A program made the position numbers and the translations under genes. A DNA stretch of 64,000 nucleotides from the human T2T-CHM13v2.0 reference genome, Homo sapiens, in assembly GCF_009914755.1 (NCBI RefSeq), contig NC_060928.1; one strand, given 5' to 3'. Below are positions 28,090 through 44,923 of the stretch, piece after piece. The notes under the pieces are model-generated. The model was not told the DNA's origin. It saw only the letters and a program-made list of their open reading frames with translations, and did not search any database. Each line of letters starts with the position of its first letter. The stretch's first letter is position 1.

Positions 28090-28200
28090 TTGGGAATCAG
28101 ACAGACTTGGGGTCTATCTCTGGCACTTCTCTGTGTTCTTGATAAACTCACTTAATGTCTCCAGGCTTCAGTGTCCTCATCTACAAAACTATGCTAAGAA
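28090..28200 (+). mobile_element. MIR
   Basis: 'gaatcagacagacttggg...cacttaatgtctccaggcttcagtgtcctcatctacaaaa'. Confidence 0.65.
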
Positions 28201-30149
28201 AATCTTCCTCGTATATTCCTTATACATGACCACTGTATTTGGGACACTATTTTTATAATTATTGATATGTGATTTGAAGAAAGTTTGACTCTTAAAAGCA
28301 GTGTCATTCATTCTGCAATGGGGAACAGATGAGGACTTGGAACAGAGAGAAGGAAGGACTTCCAGGGTAGCAATGTGAAGATGGAAGGGGGATGGTTTGA
28401 GGGTTCCTGAGGTCATGGGCTCCAGAGCCTGTTTCTTACATAGCACTCCCAGGGGCTTGTTGTTGCCCTGGTATGAAGGAATCAAGAGTTATAATGTCAG
28501 AGTCTAGGCCATTGTTGACTCAGGGAATCCTTGGCTGATGTGACTCTGAGAGGGGCAGGAAGGGCCTTCCCCAAAACACCACTGGAAGGCCCTATCCAGT
28601 CTCCTGTTAAATTGCTGGGATTTGAGAAGCCCAGAGAACACTGCAGGGAGAGGTCTCTCCTTTCTCCCTCCACTTGCCCTGTCAGCAGATGAAATGGTTG
28701 AATGCCCAGAGCAGCACCCAGGCATCCAGAAAGAAACATGTGATACATGGAGGGCAAACAACTAGGCATATCTTCTGTTTTTAAGACCTGGGCCATGTGA
28801 CAGTTACAGAAGCAACAATAGAAGAAAATAGAGACTAAAAATGGGTTTACCACATTGCCAAGTTTTTCCTCCAAGAACTATTTTGAGCCAAGACTGGATC
28901 TTTTGGACTGAGAAAACCTGGGGGTTCTTGGATAATTCAGAATAGGAGAGGAGGAGATATGGGCTAGTCTGCTAATATGTGTATGTGGGTGCTGCAGATA
29001 GCTTTAATCTGGAAAATCAAAGTGACACAAATCTTATACATGTCCACAGTAGGAAAAGGGGTCATACAGGCTATTGTGTTATTATTCTGGGAGTGCTACA
29101 AGGATGTAGGCCTGGAAGAGATGATCTTTCATGCTTTGTCTATAGCTCTCCAATGATTGGAGGTCTGTCCAAAGATTCATAGAGGTTCAGGTGTGTTTGG
29201 CACACTTAGAGAGAGAGTGACCAATTAACCTGCTGCACTTCAGCTATGATTACTCTGAAGTAGACTGGCCCAGGTGTCTCAGTACTGTCAGAATCTAGAG
29301 TAGAGACTGCAGAGCCAGGTCCATGACCGCCTCTGGAAGCTTGAAGTTAACATGCAGCTTTTGTCTACAACAAAACACAACAGAGCATGCTCAGAGCAGT
29401 AGGGCTGAGTGAGCTGTAAACAAAAGATGGTTTCCATTCAGTCTGGAAGCTAGCAACTTGTCCCACTTGTTATAATCTTACCCTAATACCTAATTCATCA
29501 TTTACTCTACATCTAAAGGTTCATCCTCCTCAAATCCTTTGCCCAAACTTAAGATACAATATTCAGTCTCCAAAAAGCAAAGTCATAACGGAGTTAAAGC
29601 TCAAATTCTGCTCTCTGCACAACTGTGCTATTAATTTTGGCATTTAAGCTTTACTCATGAACCACTTAACACACCACATACCAGGATGTTTTGGGTAACT
29701 ATAATGAAATTTATATAAAGAAAATAATTTAAGTATCAGTCTAATTCACATAGATTAATTTAGCTCAAATATAATTTAGTTTTTTCTGAATTTGCAATGC
29801 TCAATGAGTTATTATTTTTTAGTAAAATGCAAAAAGGGTCTTTTCTCACCCTTCCCTAGCTGTACATGGAGATGAACAAGATATGGTCATCTAGAACTTC
29901 CATTTCCATCAATGAAAATTCTAGAAGCTGTTAATGAAATAGTTCCAAGTGAATGAGTTATTGAATAAAGAAGGAATTGCCTTTTGGGGATGTATTTTGG
30001 AAGGTAAAGAGTTTAAATCTGAACTGGGAACCTGAGTGACAAAAATCATGACCCTAGAATATTACCTGTGTTAGTGTTTGGTTGAATGCATCATGTTGTT
30101 TGTGATTCTACTGAACAATATGTAAAGATACAAGAAAAAAAGAACAAAC

Positions 30150-30720
30150 ATACATTTGTACTTAACTATATGCCGGACACTGTGCTTGGTACTATGAATA
30201 CATTATTTTATTGAAGATTGTCCTTAAAGTTAACCTCTGTGTTTCCTCATTTATACACTTCAGCATAATAACAGTACTTGTACTACAGAGTGGTGAGATA
30301 ATGTGTGTAAAAGCTCAATAAATATTGCCTGTTGTTTCTGTGGCTACTGCAAGTAATGATAGAGTTAATCCTGCAAGGTAGGTACTGCATGTTTTGCACC
30401 CAGTTAAACAGGCAGAAAGCAATAAATCCTGCCCGTAGACCAGATTTCCTGACTCCAGACCCTCTGCTGTTTCTACGCTGCTTGGTAAGAACGTATAATC
30501 ACATTTTTACTCTAAATCAACTAGCAAAACATTTTTCTAATACATAGATGTGAAAGGAAGGAAAACTAGATAGTGATTCTGATACATGCTTTTGAGTAAG
30601 AGAATTCTGGTTTTAAAAATGCAGGCATCACCACCTATTAGCTGTGTCACCTTGGACACATTCTTTAACTTATCTGACCCTTACTTATTTTGTCTGTAAA
30701 ATTTAAAACTCCTCTGAGCT
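30150..30720. mobile_element. MIR fragments
   Basis: 'actatatgccggacactgtgctt', 'tgtgtttcctcatttatac', 'tattagctgtgtcaccttggacacattctttaacttatctg'. Confidence 0.55.
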
Positions 30721-30727
30721 TTAATAT

Positions 30728-31460
<733 letters not shown>

Positions 31461-31469
31461 ATGAAGATA

Positions 31470-31600
31470 TTACATAATTTCAACTTAAATCAAACATACC
31501 TCATAAAGTTTGTTGGAATCATTAAATGAAACAACATATATAAAGCATTTAACATGATGCCTACACATGGTAGGTATTCATAATTGGTAGTTATTTTATT
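31470..31600 (+). mobile_element. MIR 3' part
   Basis: 'atacctcataaagtttgttggaatcattaaatgaaacaacatatataaagcatttaacatgatgcctacacatggtaggtattca'. Confidence 0.65.
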
Positions 31601-32256
31601 AGTATAATTGTTAAATAAAGAGCTAAATAAATTAACTGAGCTTCAGAGACCTATGGGACAATATCAAACAGTCTAACATAAACATCACATAAGTCCTAGA
31701 AGAACAGAAAAGTGAGAACAGGGCAAAATAATTCAAGAAATAATGGTCAAAATTTTCCCAGATTTGATTTTTAAAAAGATTAGCTTATAGATCCAGAAGG
31801 CTAGAGAACCTCAGGCTAAATAAATACAAAAAACACCATGCCTAGGACATCATAATGAAGCTATCAAAAGTCAAAGATAAAGAGAAAATTTGAAAGCAGC
31901 CAGAATAAAAAGACACATTACATTCAGGGGAACAATAATACAATTATTACTTATCATCATAAACATAAAAGACCAACAGATAATGGAACTCCTTCCTAAA
32001 GGTGTTGGAAGGGTAAATATGTCAACCTAGAATATCAATAGCTAGTATAACTATTATTCAAAAGCAAGGATGAAATATAGATAATTTCAGATAAGCAACA
32101 GCTGAGAGCATCTGTTGCCAGCCAATATGCATTGTAAGAAAAGAAAAAGCATACTTTTCAGGTTGAAGGAAAATGACACCGGATTGAAACTCTGAAGAAA
32201 GTGTTAAAGAGCATGAGAAGTGATAAGTGTTAAATATAACGAATATACTTTATATA

Positions 32257-33803
32257 TTTTTTAACTTTTATTTTAGGTTCAGGGTACATGTGCAGGTTTG
32301 TCATATAGGTAACCTCATGTCATGGGGGTTTGTTGTACAGATTATTTCATCAGGCAGGTACTAGGCCTAATACCCAATAGTTACTTTTTATGCTTCTCTT
32401 CCTCCTCCCATCCTCCACCCTCAAAGAGGTCCCAGTGTCTGTTGTTCGCTTCTTTGTGTCCATGTGTTACCATTTAGCTCCCACTTGTAAGTGATAACAT
32501 GCGGTATTTGGTTTTGTGTTCCTGTGTGAGTTTCCTAAGGATAATGGCCTCCAGCTTCATCCATTTTCCCGCAAAAGACATGACCTTGTCCTTTATAATG
32601 TCTGCATAGTATTCCATGTTGTATATGCACTACATTTTCTTTATCCAATCTGTCACTGACAGGCATTTACGTTGATTCCACGTCTTTGCTATTGTGAATA
32701 GTGTTATAGTGAACATTCATGTGCATGTGTCTCTGTGGTAGAATGATTTCTATTCCTCTGGGTATATACCCAGTAATGGGACTGCTGAGTTGAATCGTAG
32801 TTCTGTTTTTAGCTCTTTGAGGAATCGCCGCACTGCTTCCCACAATGGTTGAACTAATTTACACTCCCACCAACAGTGTATAAATGTTCTCTTTTCTCCG
32901 GAACCTCACCAGCATCTGTTATTTTTTGACTTTTTAATAACAGCAATTCTGACTGGAGTGAGATGGTATCTCACTGGAGATCCCAGTTGAGAGATTCCAC
33001 ACAGTGAAGAGAAACAGGATTCAGGATCCAGGTGAATAAGCAGTCTGACTGGTTCTCTGTAGAGCTACTGGGCTGTGCTGGGGGGCTGCTCCAGTCCCTA
33101 GTTCCCTCTGACTCCTAGAGCCCTAAGGCAACAATGACTAGGGCTGTGAAACAGCAAAGATGGTGGCCCACCCCTCCTCCTGGGAACCATGTCTCAAGGA
33201 GGTGTTATGCTGCTACCTTTGGCTGGTTGGAGTTCCACGCCAGTGGGTCTTACCCTGCAAGGTGCGGTGGAAGCGGGACCTACAGGCCGTCACTGCTCAG
33301 CCCCCTGGAGTCAGCCCCTTTCCTAGGTGTATGTACAGGAATCTAACCTCCCACTTTGCTGGAGTTTCAGCTGGTTTTTCCAGGAAGCCTGAGAATCTAA
33401 GTCTCCCAGGACTACACATATTGCCTGGGCAGCGGCTCTGCTGAGACTCCATGTAGGTCTGCATGTCAGACTGAAGGCCCTGGTGGAATGGGTTCACGAG
33501 ATGATCTCCTGACCTTAGGGCTGCAAAGATCCACGGGAGAAGCATGGGTTCCCAGGGTCACTCACTCACTTGCCACTTCCCTGAGCAGGGGAGGTTCCCC
33601 TGGCTTCATGTCACTCCTGGGTGGGTGGTCATCCTGCCTTACTTGTCTCCATTCTCTGTGGGTCGAGTTTTCTCCATGATTAGTCCTGATGTGTATACCC
33701 GAATGTTTCAATTAGAGGTGCTGTATTCACTTACCCCTGCTGTTCCTCTTCCTGAGAATAGTGCATACTACCTGTTTCTAGGTGGCCATCTTGGCCAACC
33801 CCC
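32257..33803 (-). mobile_element. Internally deleted L1PA13-16-like element (5' UTR joined to 3' end)
   Basis: 3' end antisense at 32257-32975 ('aacttttattttaggttcagggtacatgtgcaggtttg'); 5' UTR at 32976-33803 ends 'ggccatcttggccaaccccc' (sense GGGGGTTGGCCAAGATGGCC); degenerate TSD atactttatatattt / atatttcatattttt. Confidence 0.85.
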
Positions 33804-34148
33804 ATATTTCATATTTTTATTATCCTTAAAAGACAACTTTTAAAACAAATGATTAAAGTAAAAAATTATTTTAAATGTATTTAATTAATATTATATATTA
33901 GTATTAAGAATATTATTCGAAACATATATATATATATTTATGCATGGTAGAAGCAAAAATATGGCAACAATAGCACAAAGGGATGCGGAGTAAGTGTTTT
34001 AAAGTAATTACAGTTTTGAAGTGGGGAATGGAAAGTGCCAAGTGAAAAGTTTTAAGGGGAATTTTAAGGGTACACTATGGACTCTAAACAGACTTTGATA
34101 AATTAAGGATACATAATGTTAGCCCTAGATCAAACACTAAAGCATAAT

Positions 34149-36302
<2,154 letters not shown>

Positions 36303-37869
36303 TAAAGCATAATTTTAAAAGATATTAATAAGAAGCCAATACAAAAAACAAAATAGAATTTTTGTTCTAAAAAAATAACTGATTAATCCAAAAGAAGGCA
36401 GGAAATTAGCATGAGAAAAAAACAGAAGGAACAAATGAATAATAAGGAGCAAAATAATAAGTTTAAACTCTAAGATGTTAGTAGTACATTAAATATAAAT
36501 TAACTATCTAATTGAAAGGCAGAAGGTGTATAACTGGACTTTAAAAAGCAAAAAATATATATGCTACACAAGATATAATTTAAATAGTAAGGTAAAAATA
36601 AGTTGAAAACTAAAATTACTCTCTGTCCTGAGTTGTCCCCATAAAATATTAAAATATTAATATGTTTTTCAAAGAAAATTAAAGTAGGACAAGAACAGAA
36701 GTCAATAAAATAGTAAAACAACAGACAATAGGAAAATTAACAGTTAAAAGTTGGGTCTTTGAAAATTAATAAAATTGATAAACTGCAGTAAGACTAACCA
36801 TGAACTAAAAAATACACAAATGACTAATATCAACAAAAAGGGGAACAGGGGAGGAATATCACTACAAACCTTTCAAACATTAAAAGGGTAATAAAGAAAT
36901 AAAAACAAGTGTATTTCCAAAAATCCTGAAACAGATGAAATGGACAAATTGCTTGAGAACACAACTTACAAAAACTAAAGCAGACTCAAAAAGAAATGGA
37001 AAATCTAAATGGTCCTATAGCTGTCTAAAAAATTGAATTCAAACACAAATAGCCACATAGAAAACCACAGGTACAGATGATTTTACTAGTCAATTCTATT
37101 AAATATTTACAAAGGAACAAATACCAATATTACCCAAAATCTTTCAGAAAATAGAGAAAAGAACACTTCTCAGCTCACTTTTTGAGGTTAATGTAATCCT
37201 GCTATCAAAACCAGACAAAGACATTACAAGGGAAAAAAATAACAGCCAATATCTCTCACGTGCATAGACACAAATGTCATTTTAAAAGCAGCAAACCACA
37301 ATATATAAAAAGAATAAAAGTTATGACCAAATGAGCTTTTACCCAGGAATGCAAGGTTCATTCAATATTTGAAAATCAGTCCATATAATTTGCCACATTA
37401 ACCAAATAAAGGAAAAAAAAATGTGATCTGAATAGATGCAGGAAAAACATTTAACAAAGTGCAGCACACATTCCTGATAAAACCCTTAAAAAACCAGGAA
37501 TAGAAGAAAATTTTCACAATTTGATAAAGAACACCTACAAAAAAACTACACTGATCATAAATCAAGTACCCAGTAAGCCCCAATAGCTAGATCCTGTATG
37601 AGAGATCACCAAGACTAAGCAGATCAAACTTCCACACCTGAAATATTCTGACAGCATTGTCAATCTCAGGATTTTGTCTTGCTTCCCTGTCTTCCAGCAG
37701 CAGTGCTATACTGTGCTGATGAGGTGTTCATAGATCACCTGAAATATGTTTAAAGACAGCTCACATGTGCCTGCTGCAAAGCGTTGTAGGAGTAATCCTT
37801 TTCCAATGGCTGGGGAAAATTCAGGGGGCAAAGAAAAAAAAATAGCTGAAAAAAAAAATATGATTCTTA

Positions 37870-38165
37870 GGCTGGGCACGGTGGCTCAGGCCTGTAATCC
37901 CAGCACTTTGGGAGGTCAAGGCGAGCAGGTTGCTTGAAGTCAAGAGTTCAAGAGCAGCCTGGCCAACATAGGAAAACCCCATCTCTACAAAAATTACAAA
38001 AATTAGCCAGGTGTACTGGCACACACCTGTAATTCCAGCTACTCGGGAGGCCAAGGCACGAGAATCGCTTGAACCTGGGAAGCAGAGGTTTCAGTGAGCT
38101 GAGATCGTGCCACTGCACTCTAGCCTGGGCGACGGAGTGAGACTCTGTCTCAAACATATATATAT
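37870..38165 (+). mobile_element. AluS (Sx/Sz-like) with a (TA)n tail
   Basis: Full dimer; TSD atatgattctta on both sides. Confidence 0.95.
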
Positions 38166-39369
38166 ATATGATTCTTAGGGTCCTTCGAGTCTGTTTATAG
38201 ATTAGCATTCTCCTCTTTCCTCTTCTCTTCTTAACATTAATATATATTAACCGAATGTGCATTAAAAACACTCAGCAAAAGACAATATCTTATTTAAATA
38301 ATGGTATTTAAGTAAAGTGCTGTTTTATAAATTATTATACGTTTCCGCCCAGCCCTCTCATTTCATGGTTTAAAAAAAAAAAAGGAAGATTCACCATCAC
38401 AGTTTGAAAAATAATAAAGAGCTTGGCAGCATTTCTTCAACAGTTACTTCCTATTATGCCAAACACTCTCCTTTTAAGCTAGCAAGATGCAACTGAAAGT
38501 TGTAAAATAATTGTCCAAAATAAACATAACTATACTATTGTATATCAAAGGACCTCATAGGTTAAGAATAAAATGGTGACTCAAGCTCATAAACGCTAGA
38601 AAAGACTAAGTATAAAAGTCTGACCTAGAGTCTGAACATCATTCATTTGGCATCTTGCCAAGCATCATAATAAAATTTTTAAAATCATCAAACATTGCCT
38701 TCAAATCATCCTTCCAAAGAAAAGTCAGCTCAGGCTCAAATCAAACTCTTGGAATGCTGTAATTCACCAGTATTGCTGAGCAGAGGGGACTCTAAATCAT
38801 GGTCAAGGGGAGCTGGGTCTAGAACCATCTCTGATGCCAACTTGCTCTGTTGTGCCTCTCTCTGGGCCCATTTCTTCACCTGCAGATGAACTTGTACAAC
38901 TCTTGGGCAATGCTAAAATTCTCAACACTAAGGGAAGATGATTGGCAGTATGAAAGAGAGTGGAAGCTGAGGAGGACAGAATCAAGCTTCTTGATACAAG
39001 CAGGGGAGCTCTCTGGGGAGATGGGATTTAAGATGAAAGGAAACTCACTCCCCCCAGGGAGGGAGGCCAGGCATGTGTGGAGTGGACCTACGAAGAGCAT
39101 GAAATATAAAGCCTTATCTGAAGAGGAGGATCTGGAAGGAAGTAAAGAGAGGAAATGTCTGAAGAATTTTAAAAGAGAGCAGCAGATTCAGGAGCAGAGT
39201 GTAGGACAAAGTCAGAGAATCCCTTGACCCTCTCTTCCAATTCACTCTCTACAAAGGCTACAGATACATTTTTCTGCCACCCAATTAAAATTATATCCTT
39301 TTCCTGTGCAGAATCTTTTAATAACCACCTATTACCCTCAGGACTAAAATAAAAGCGAAATCCTACTAT

Positions 39370-39992
<623 letters not shown>

Positions 39993-40009
39993 CGTGATTT
40001 GTGCTTTCT

Positions 40010-40520
40010 TATCATAACAAGGATGGTCCCCAGTGGCCAAGCCCTTGCCAACCTCACTCTCTCCTACCTCATACTCATTTATCTCCACCATGCTGTGTTC
40101 CAGATATAGAGTCCTTATCACGGCCTTATGCTACAGTTTTGTCCCCAACTATGGCTTTATACAAGCTTTCCCCACTGCATGAAATAGCTCTACTCCATCT
40201 TTTCACTTGGAAAAATACCTTGCACATTTCAAAGCCCATTTCAAAGTCTGCTTTTTCTATAAGGCCATCCTTTCCCTGTGCAGAACATTTTAATGCCCCT
40301 GTCCCCAGCCCTCTCTGTGGTCTGCACAGGGCTGGCTACTCACTTTTCTGTGCACTTAATCATCTACACACAATAGCATGGGCTGTTTATTATAACCACC
40401 TCTTTACAGGACAGTGTTCCTCCTCTGGTCTGTAGGCTCCTGACAGGCAGCGCCTGCCCTACTTATCTCTGACCTCAGCATCTGGCAGAGTTCCTAGTAC
40501 TAGAGAATGCCTGCTGGATT
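40010..40520 (+). mobile_element. L2 (also ~39230-39365)
   Basis: 'ggtctgtaggctcctgacaggcagcgcctgcc...cctcagcatctggcagagttcctagtac'. Confidence 0.6.
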
Positions 40521-40959
40521 ATGGGAGGCATTCAGCAAAGAGCAGTCCACCAATTCATTACTCCAGGAAGAAATGAACTAAACAGCCACCACCACAGTCA
40601 TTACTGACCCAAAACAAATAAGGAGACTTAGGAGCAAAGGCAGAGAGCTCTCCAACCTCCTTCTCCCAACAGATCCTCTGGTCCTGCACTATCTCTGTCT
40701 CTACTCACACCAACAGGAACAGAGTGTCCTACCAAGGTCTCCTAAAAGCTGCAGAGCTAAAACATTCTCCTTCCCAGGCCCTCCCGAATAAGGACAAAGG
40801 CTAAGTTGTCTCCTACCAATGGTGGCTGAGTATGCAAACGAGACAGTCATCAGGAGGCCTGGACAGAGAACACTCAGCTACCTTTAGCGCCATAATTCTG
40901 ATTCCAATATAGATGGAATAAATAATAGTAATCAGAACAACAATGATACTGGCAAAGAG

Positions 40960-41150
40960 CTTCAAGCTTCAAGGCTTACAAAGCACTTTTACTTACCTTT
41001 TCTCACTTAATCAAATTCGCACACTCTGTATAGCAGATATTGTTATGGTGCCCAATTAATAGATGAGAAAACTGAAGCTCAGAGAGAATCAGCATTAGTA
41101 ATAAAGGCTCAAAAGCTAATAAAAAGGAGCTGGGGTTACAAGCAGATTGA
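40960..41150 (-). mobile_element. MIR
   Basis: 'ttacaaagcacttttac...cccaattaatagatgagaaaactgaagctcagagag'. Confidence 0.75.
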
Positions 41151-41154
41151 TGTG

Positions 41155-41497
<343 letters not shown>

Positions 41498-41929
41498 TCA
41501 AAGCCACAGGAAAAAGAGAGGACATAAATTTGGTGGAATAGGCTGACATAGTACTGCTGGGAAAGGCAGAAAAGGAGGTTATGGTTCTATGTGTAGAAAA
41601 GTGCAGAGCTTTAATACCAGGGAAGAGAAAATGTTGTGACTACAATAAGAACTGGAATTAGAAGAAAAATCTGCTGGCTAAGGGATCAAGGGTACCACAA
41701 AACTGAGATGAGTGGGGCCAAGGATCTACTTCTGATTAAAAGCAATATATAATTATTACAGAGAATTTAGAAAAACTAGAAAAAAGAAAGAAAAAAATTT
41801 ATTTAAGAACATTTTAAAAACATGCTAAGATTCCATTATATAAAGTAAAGCTCCCAATTGTTTGCTATACCCTATTTTAATTTAATGGAGTATTTTTATT
41901 AACATGGATAGTCTCTTGCTTTTACCTTC

Positions 41930-42510
41930 CTTACCTTACCACTGGATGAGAGTAAATATTTTACTTACCCTCATCAACTTTCAATATTATTATTTCATTT
42001 TAAATATCAGATAATTGTGGGGAAATTTTGGAAGAAGGGCTGTAACATCCTATTATTGTTTTAATTTACATTTAATTGGTTAATAAGGCAAATTAAATTT
42101 TTTTTCAGTTTTTACCAATATATTTCATATTTGTCTTTTGCCTATTTTTGTTCTTTTTCCATTTGTTTACTGAGGTCCTGGTATTACTGAATGTATATGA
42201 GTTTTATATTTATTTAAAAGAGTTACCCTTTGTTGAATTCTCTACAACATTATTCCAAGTTTTATTGATTGCTTTTTAATCTTGGTGATTTTTTTGATGT
42301 ATGAAAGTTTTAAATTTTTATGTAGTCAGATCTGTCATTCACATCTTTAGTGATTTATTCTGTCAACTTTAAGCTGAGAAACCCTCCCCCTGAGGAGGTT
42401 TCATAAATATTCACATCTATTTTCTTCTAGAATTTCTAACAGTTTAGGTTTTTAAATATTTAACTCTTTAAACCATCTGGAATTTATTTTGATGTTCTGA
42501 GTGAGGTTAA
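41930..42510 (-). mobile_element. Old L1ME ORF2 fragment
   Basis: 'aagttttaaatttttatgtagtcagatctgtc' and 'atttaactctttaaaccatctggaatttattttg'. Confidence 0.65.
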
Positions 42511-44923
42511 AAGATGTTCAAAACGCTTTTAAAAAATAATAAAACACTTAGCACCTCATATTTTTAGCTGATTTGGCATAAACCTTAAAGTCCAAGTGGA
42601 ACCCCCATTAAACGCTACAAATTTCTTAATAGTGTTTATTATTTTCTTTCTAATAGCACAGGATACAAAATACACCTACTTGCCAGTCACTGCTCCAAGT
42701 GAGTTTATCAGCAAGCCACACACCCAACACATGGTCTCTCTTTTATTATTAAGAAAAGTAGGTAATACATAAGAAGCGGGGCTCCCACCAATCATTAGCA
42801 AATCCTCCAAAGAAAATCCAGCACATATCGGATGAAGTCTTTTCCCTAGTGGACTTGTGAAATTTCTCTGACTGAATCATTTAAGCAAAGAAAACTTTCC
42901 TCCCTTCCAATCATGGTCTCTCCTTCATAGTATGTGGTGCTCATTCAAAAGAGTACATGCAGAAGAAACCAGAATATATATGTTTGCTCTCTCTCCATGC
43001 GGGGTAAACAGTCCTGCCTTTCTCTGCCTTCCAACCCAAAGGTGGCCACGCCAGGTGCTGCACTGAAAAAGATTTGTGGCTTATTGTCCTGATGGATGCC
43101 AGAGTAATGGAATAGCTCTGTAGTATGTCCTGGAAAGGCAGGCCAACAAAGCATTGTGCTATTGATGGCTCACATTATAATGGAGAAATATTAGGGGGAT
43201 ATTTCAATAGCCACCCAGAGGAGAAACAGCAGCTATAAGAATGCCACAGACTGTTTCCAAGGAGAATAAAAGTGACATAAAAAAGGGGGAGGGGGCTGAA
43301 AAGGGGGTAAAAATGCTTCAGGGGGAAAAAAGTCCACTCCAAGAATATATGCGAATGCACAAGCTGTTTGCTAGCTTGGTTCTCTAGAGAAGGGGAGTAA
43401 CAATCCCCAATATGTGAACTCCACAATTACAGCATTATTAATTTATACAGCACCAGAGACCACACATGAGACCTCATGGTAATTAAGTTACAGATAAAGC
43501 CAGGTTACTTTTCCTCTGAATATAAACAACTGTGTTCTGTTTAACATACACTCAAAAGAAAAACTGGTGGATTTTAAACTAAAGAACAGTGTCTGGTAAA
43601 CCTATATTCAATGAAGATCTGTCAGTAATATAATGTTTAAAAAAAAAAAAAAAAGAACTGCCCAGCAATAGATTCAGGAGAGAAGTAGAATGATGAAGAT
43701 TTAGTCAGTAAGCTACTCTCTTAGAGAGTAGGCAAATTGGAGGCAGGAGGTTTAATGAGTCTCTCCTATAAGGCCTGAATTAGAAATGTGCAAATGTTCA
43801 AGCAAATGCTGGACACGGGGATAAAATCTATTGCCATAGTCCCCTGGAATGGCAAGAATTAGGCTACAACATAACCTTTACAAGTGGGGTAGACTTTGAT
43901 CCAGCAATTTTACTTCTAAAAACCCATTCTAAGCAAATAATCCTGGACATGTGCAACGATTTTGCTCCAAAGATGTTCATCACAGCATCACCTATAATAG
44001 CAAAACTCTGCAGTCGATTTACCCTTTTCATCTCACATTTTACTGTAAGCAAATCTCCATGTCTATAGGTATATTTGTGGACTCTCATCTTAAATAACTA
44101 CATAGTCTTCCACTTATGAATACATCATAGTTTAATCGATATATATAGGAATTTAAGAATGATATTACATTAACCCTTTATCATGTTCACAACATTGAAA
44201 AGAGTGCACTGAATAGACATTATACATTTTAATTTCCTGTTTGCAGAACCTCTCAGGAGTACCCTCACCAGCAATTTCAACAAGATTCTAATAAATTTAT
44301 TTGTTTTATTTCCAATAAAATTCCTACTTACAAGACATTTTTATTGTATCTAGTTTGCCATTTAAATGACCTAATTTTATGTCAGACTCTCTAATTCATG
44401 TCTCTGAGCAATGCACATATCAGATACATGCTCAAGTTACCATTTATTTTCAAGATTGCAAAAACTGTACACAGAAGTAAAGCCATTAGAGGATAGTGGA
44501 ATTGCATCCAAAGAAAATGTTAAGACAGTGTGTTACTCATCTATTGCTGCATAGTAAATTACCCCAAAATTTAGTGACTTAAAGTGTCAAACATTTATTA
44601 TCTCATAGTTTCTGAGAGTCAGAAATGCAGGCATGACTCAGCTGGGGCCTCTGGCTCTGATCTTCTATGAGGCCACCATCAAGGTGTGGGCCAGATCTGC
44701 AGTAATCTTAAAACTCAACTGGGAGTCGAACCACTTTTAAGTCCATTCAAGTGGTTGTTGACAGGAGTCAGTTCCTCATGGATTGTTAGACTGAGACCTC
44801 CTTTGGTACTTGTTCAACATCTACAGGGCATCTCACAGCATGGCAGCTGGTTTGGCCAGAGTGAGAAAGGAAGAAGGCAACAGAGGGAGTACAAACAAAA
44901 CAGAAATCACCATCTTTTAGAGC

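Noticed and set aside
38850-39227. 125-aa charged ORF
   Set aside because: Purine-rich compositional bias, non-ATG start, no recognisable motif or splice structure.
40001-40435. 144-aa ORF
   Set aside because: Non-ATG start, lies within L2-like sequence, no recognisable domain.
40504-40530. 8-bp inverted repeat gaatgcct...aggcattc
   Set aside because: Short enough to be expected by chance in 64 kb.
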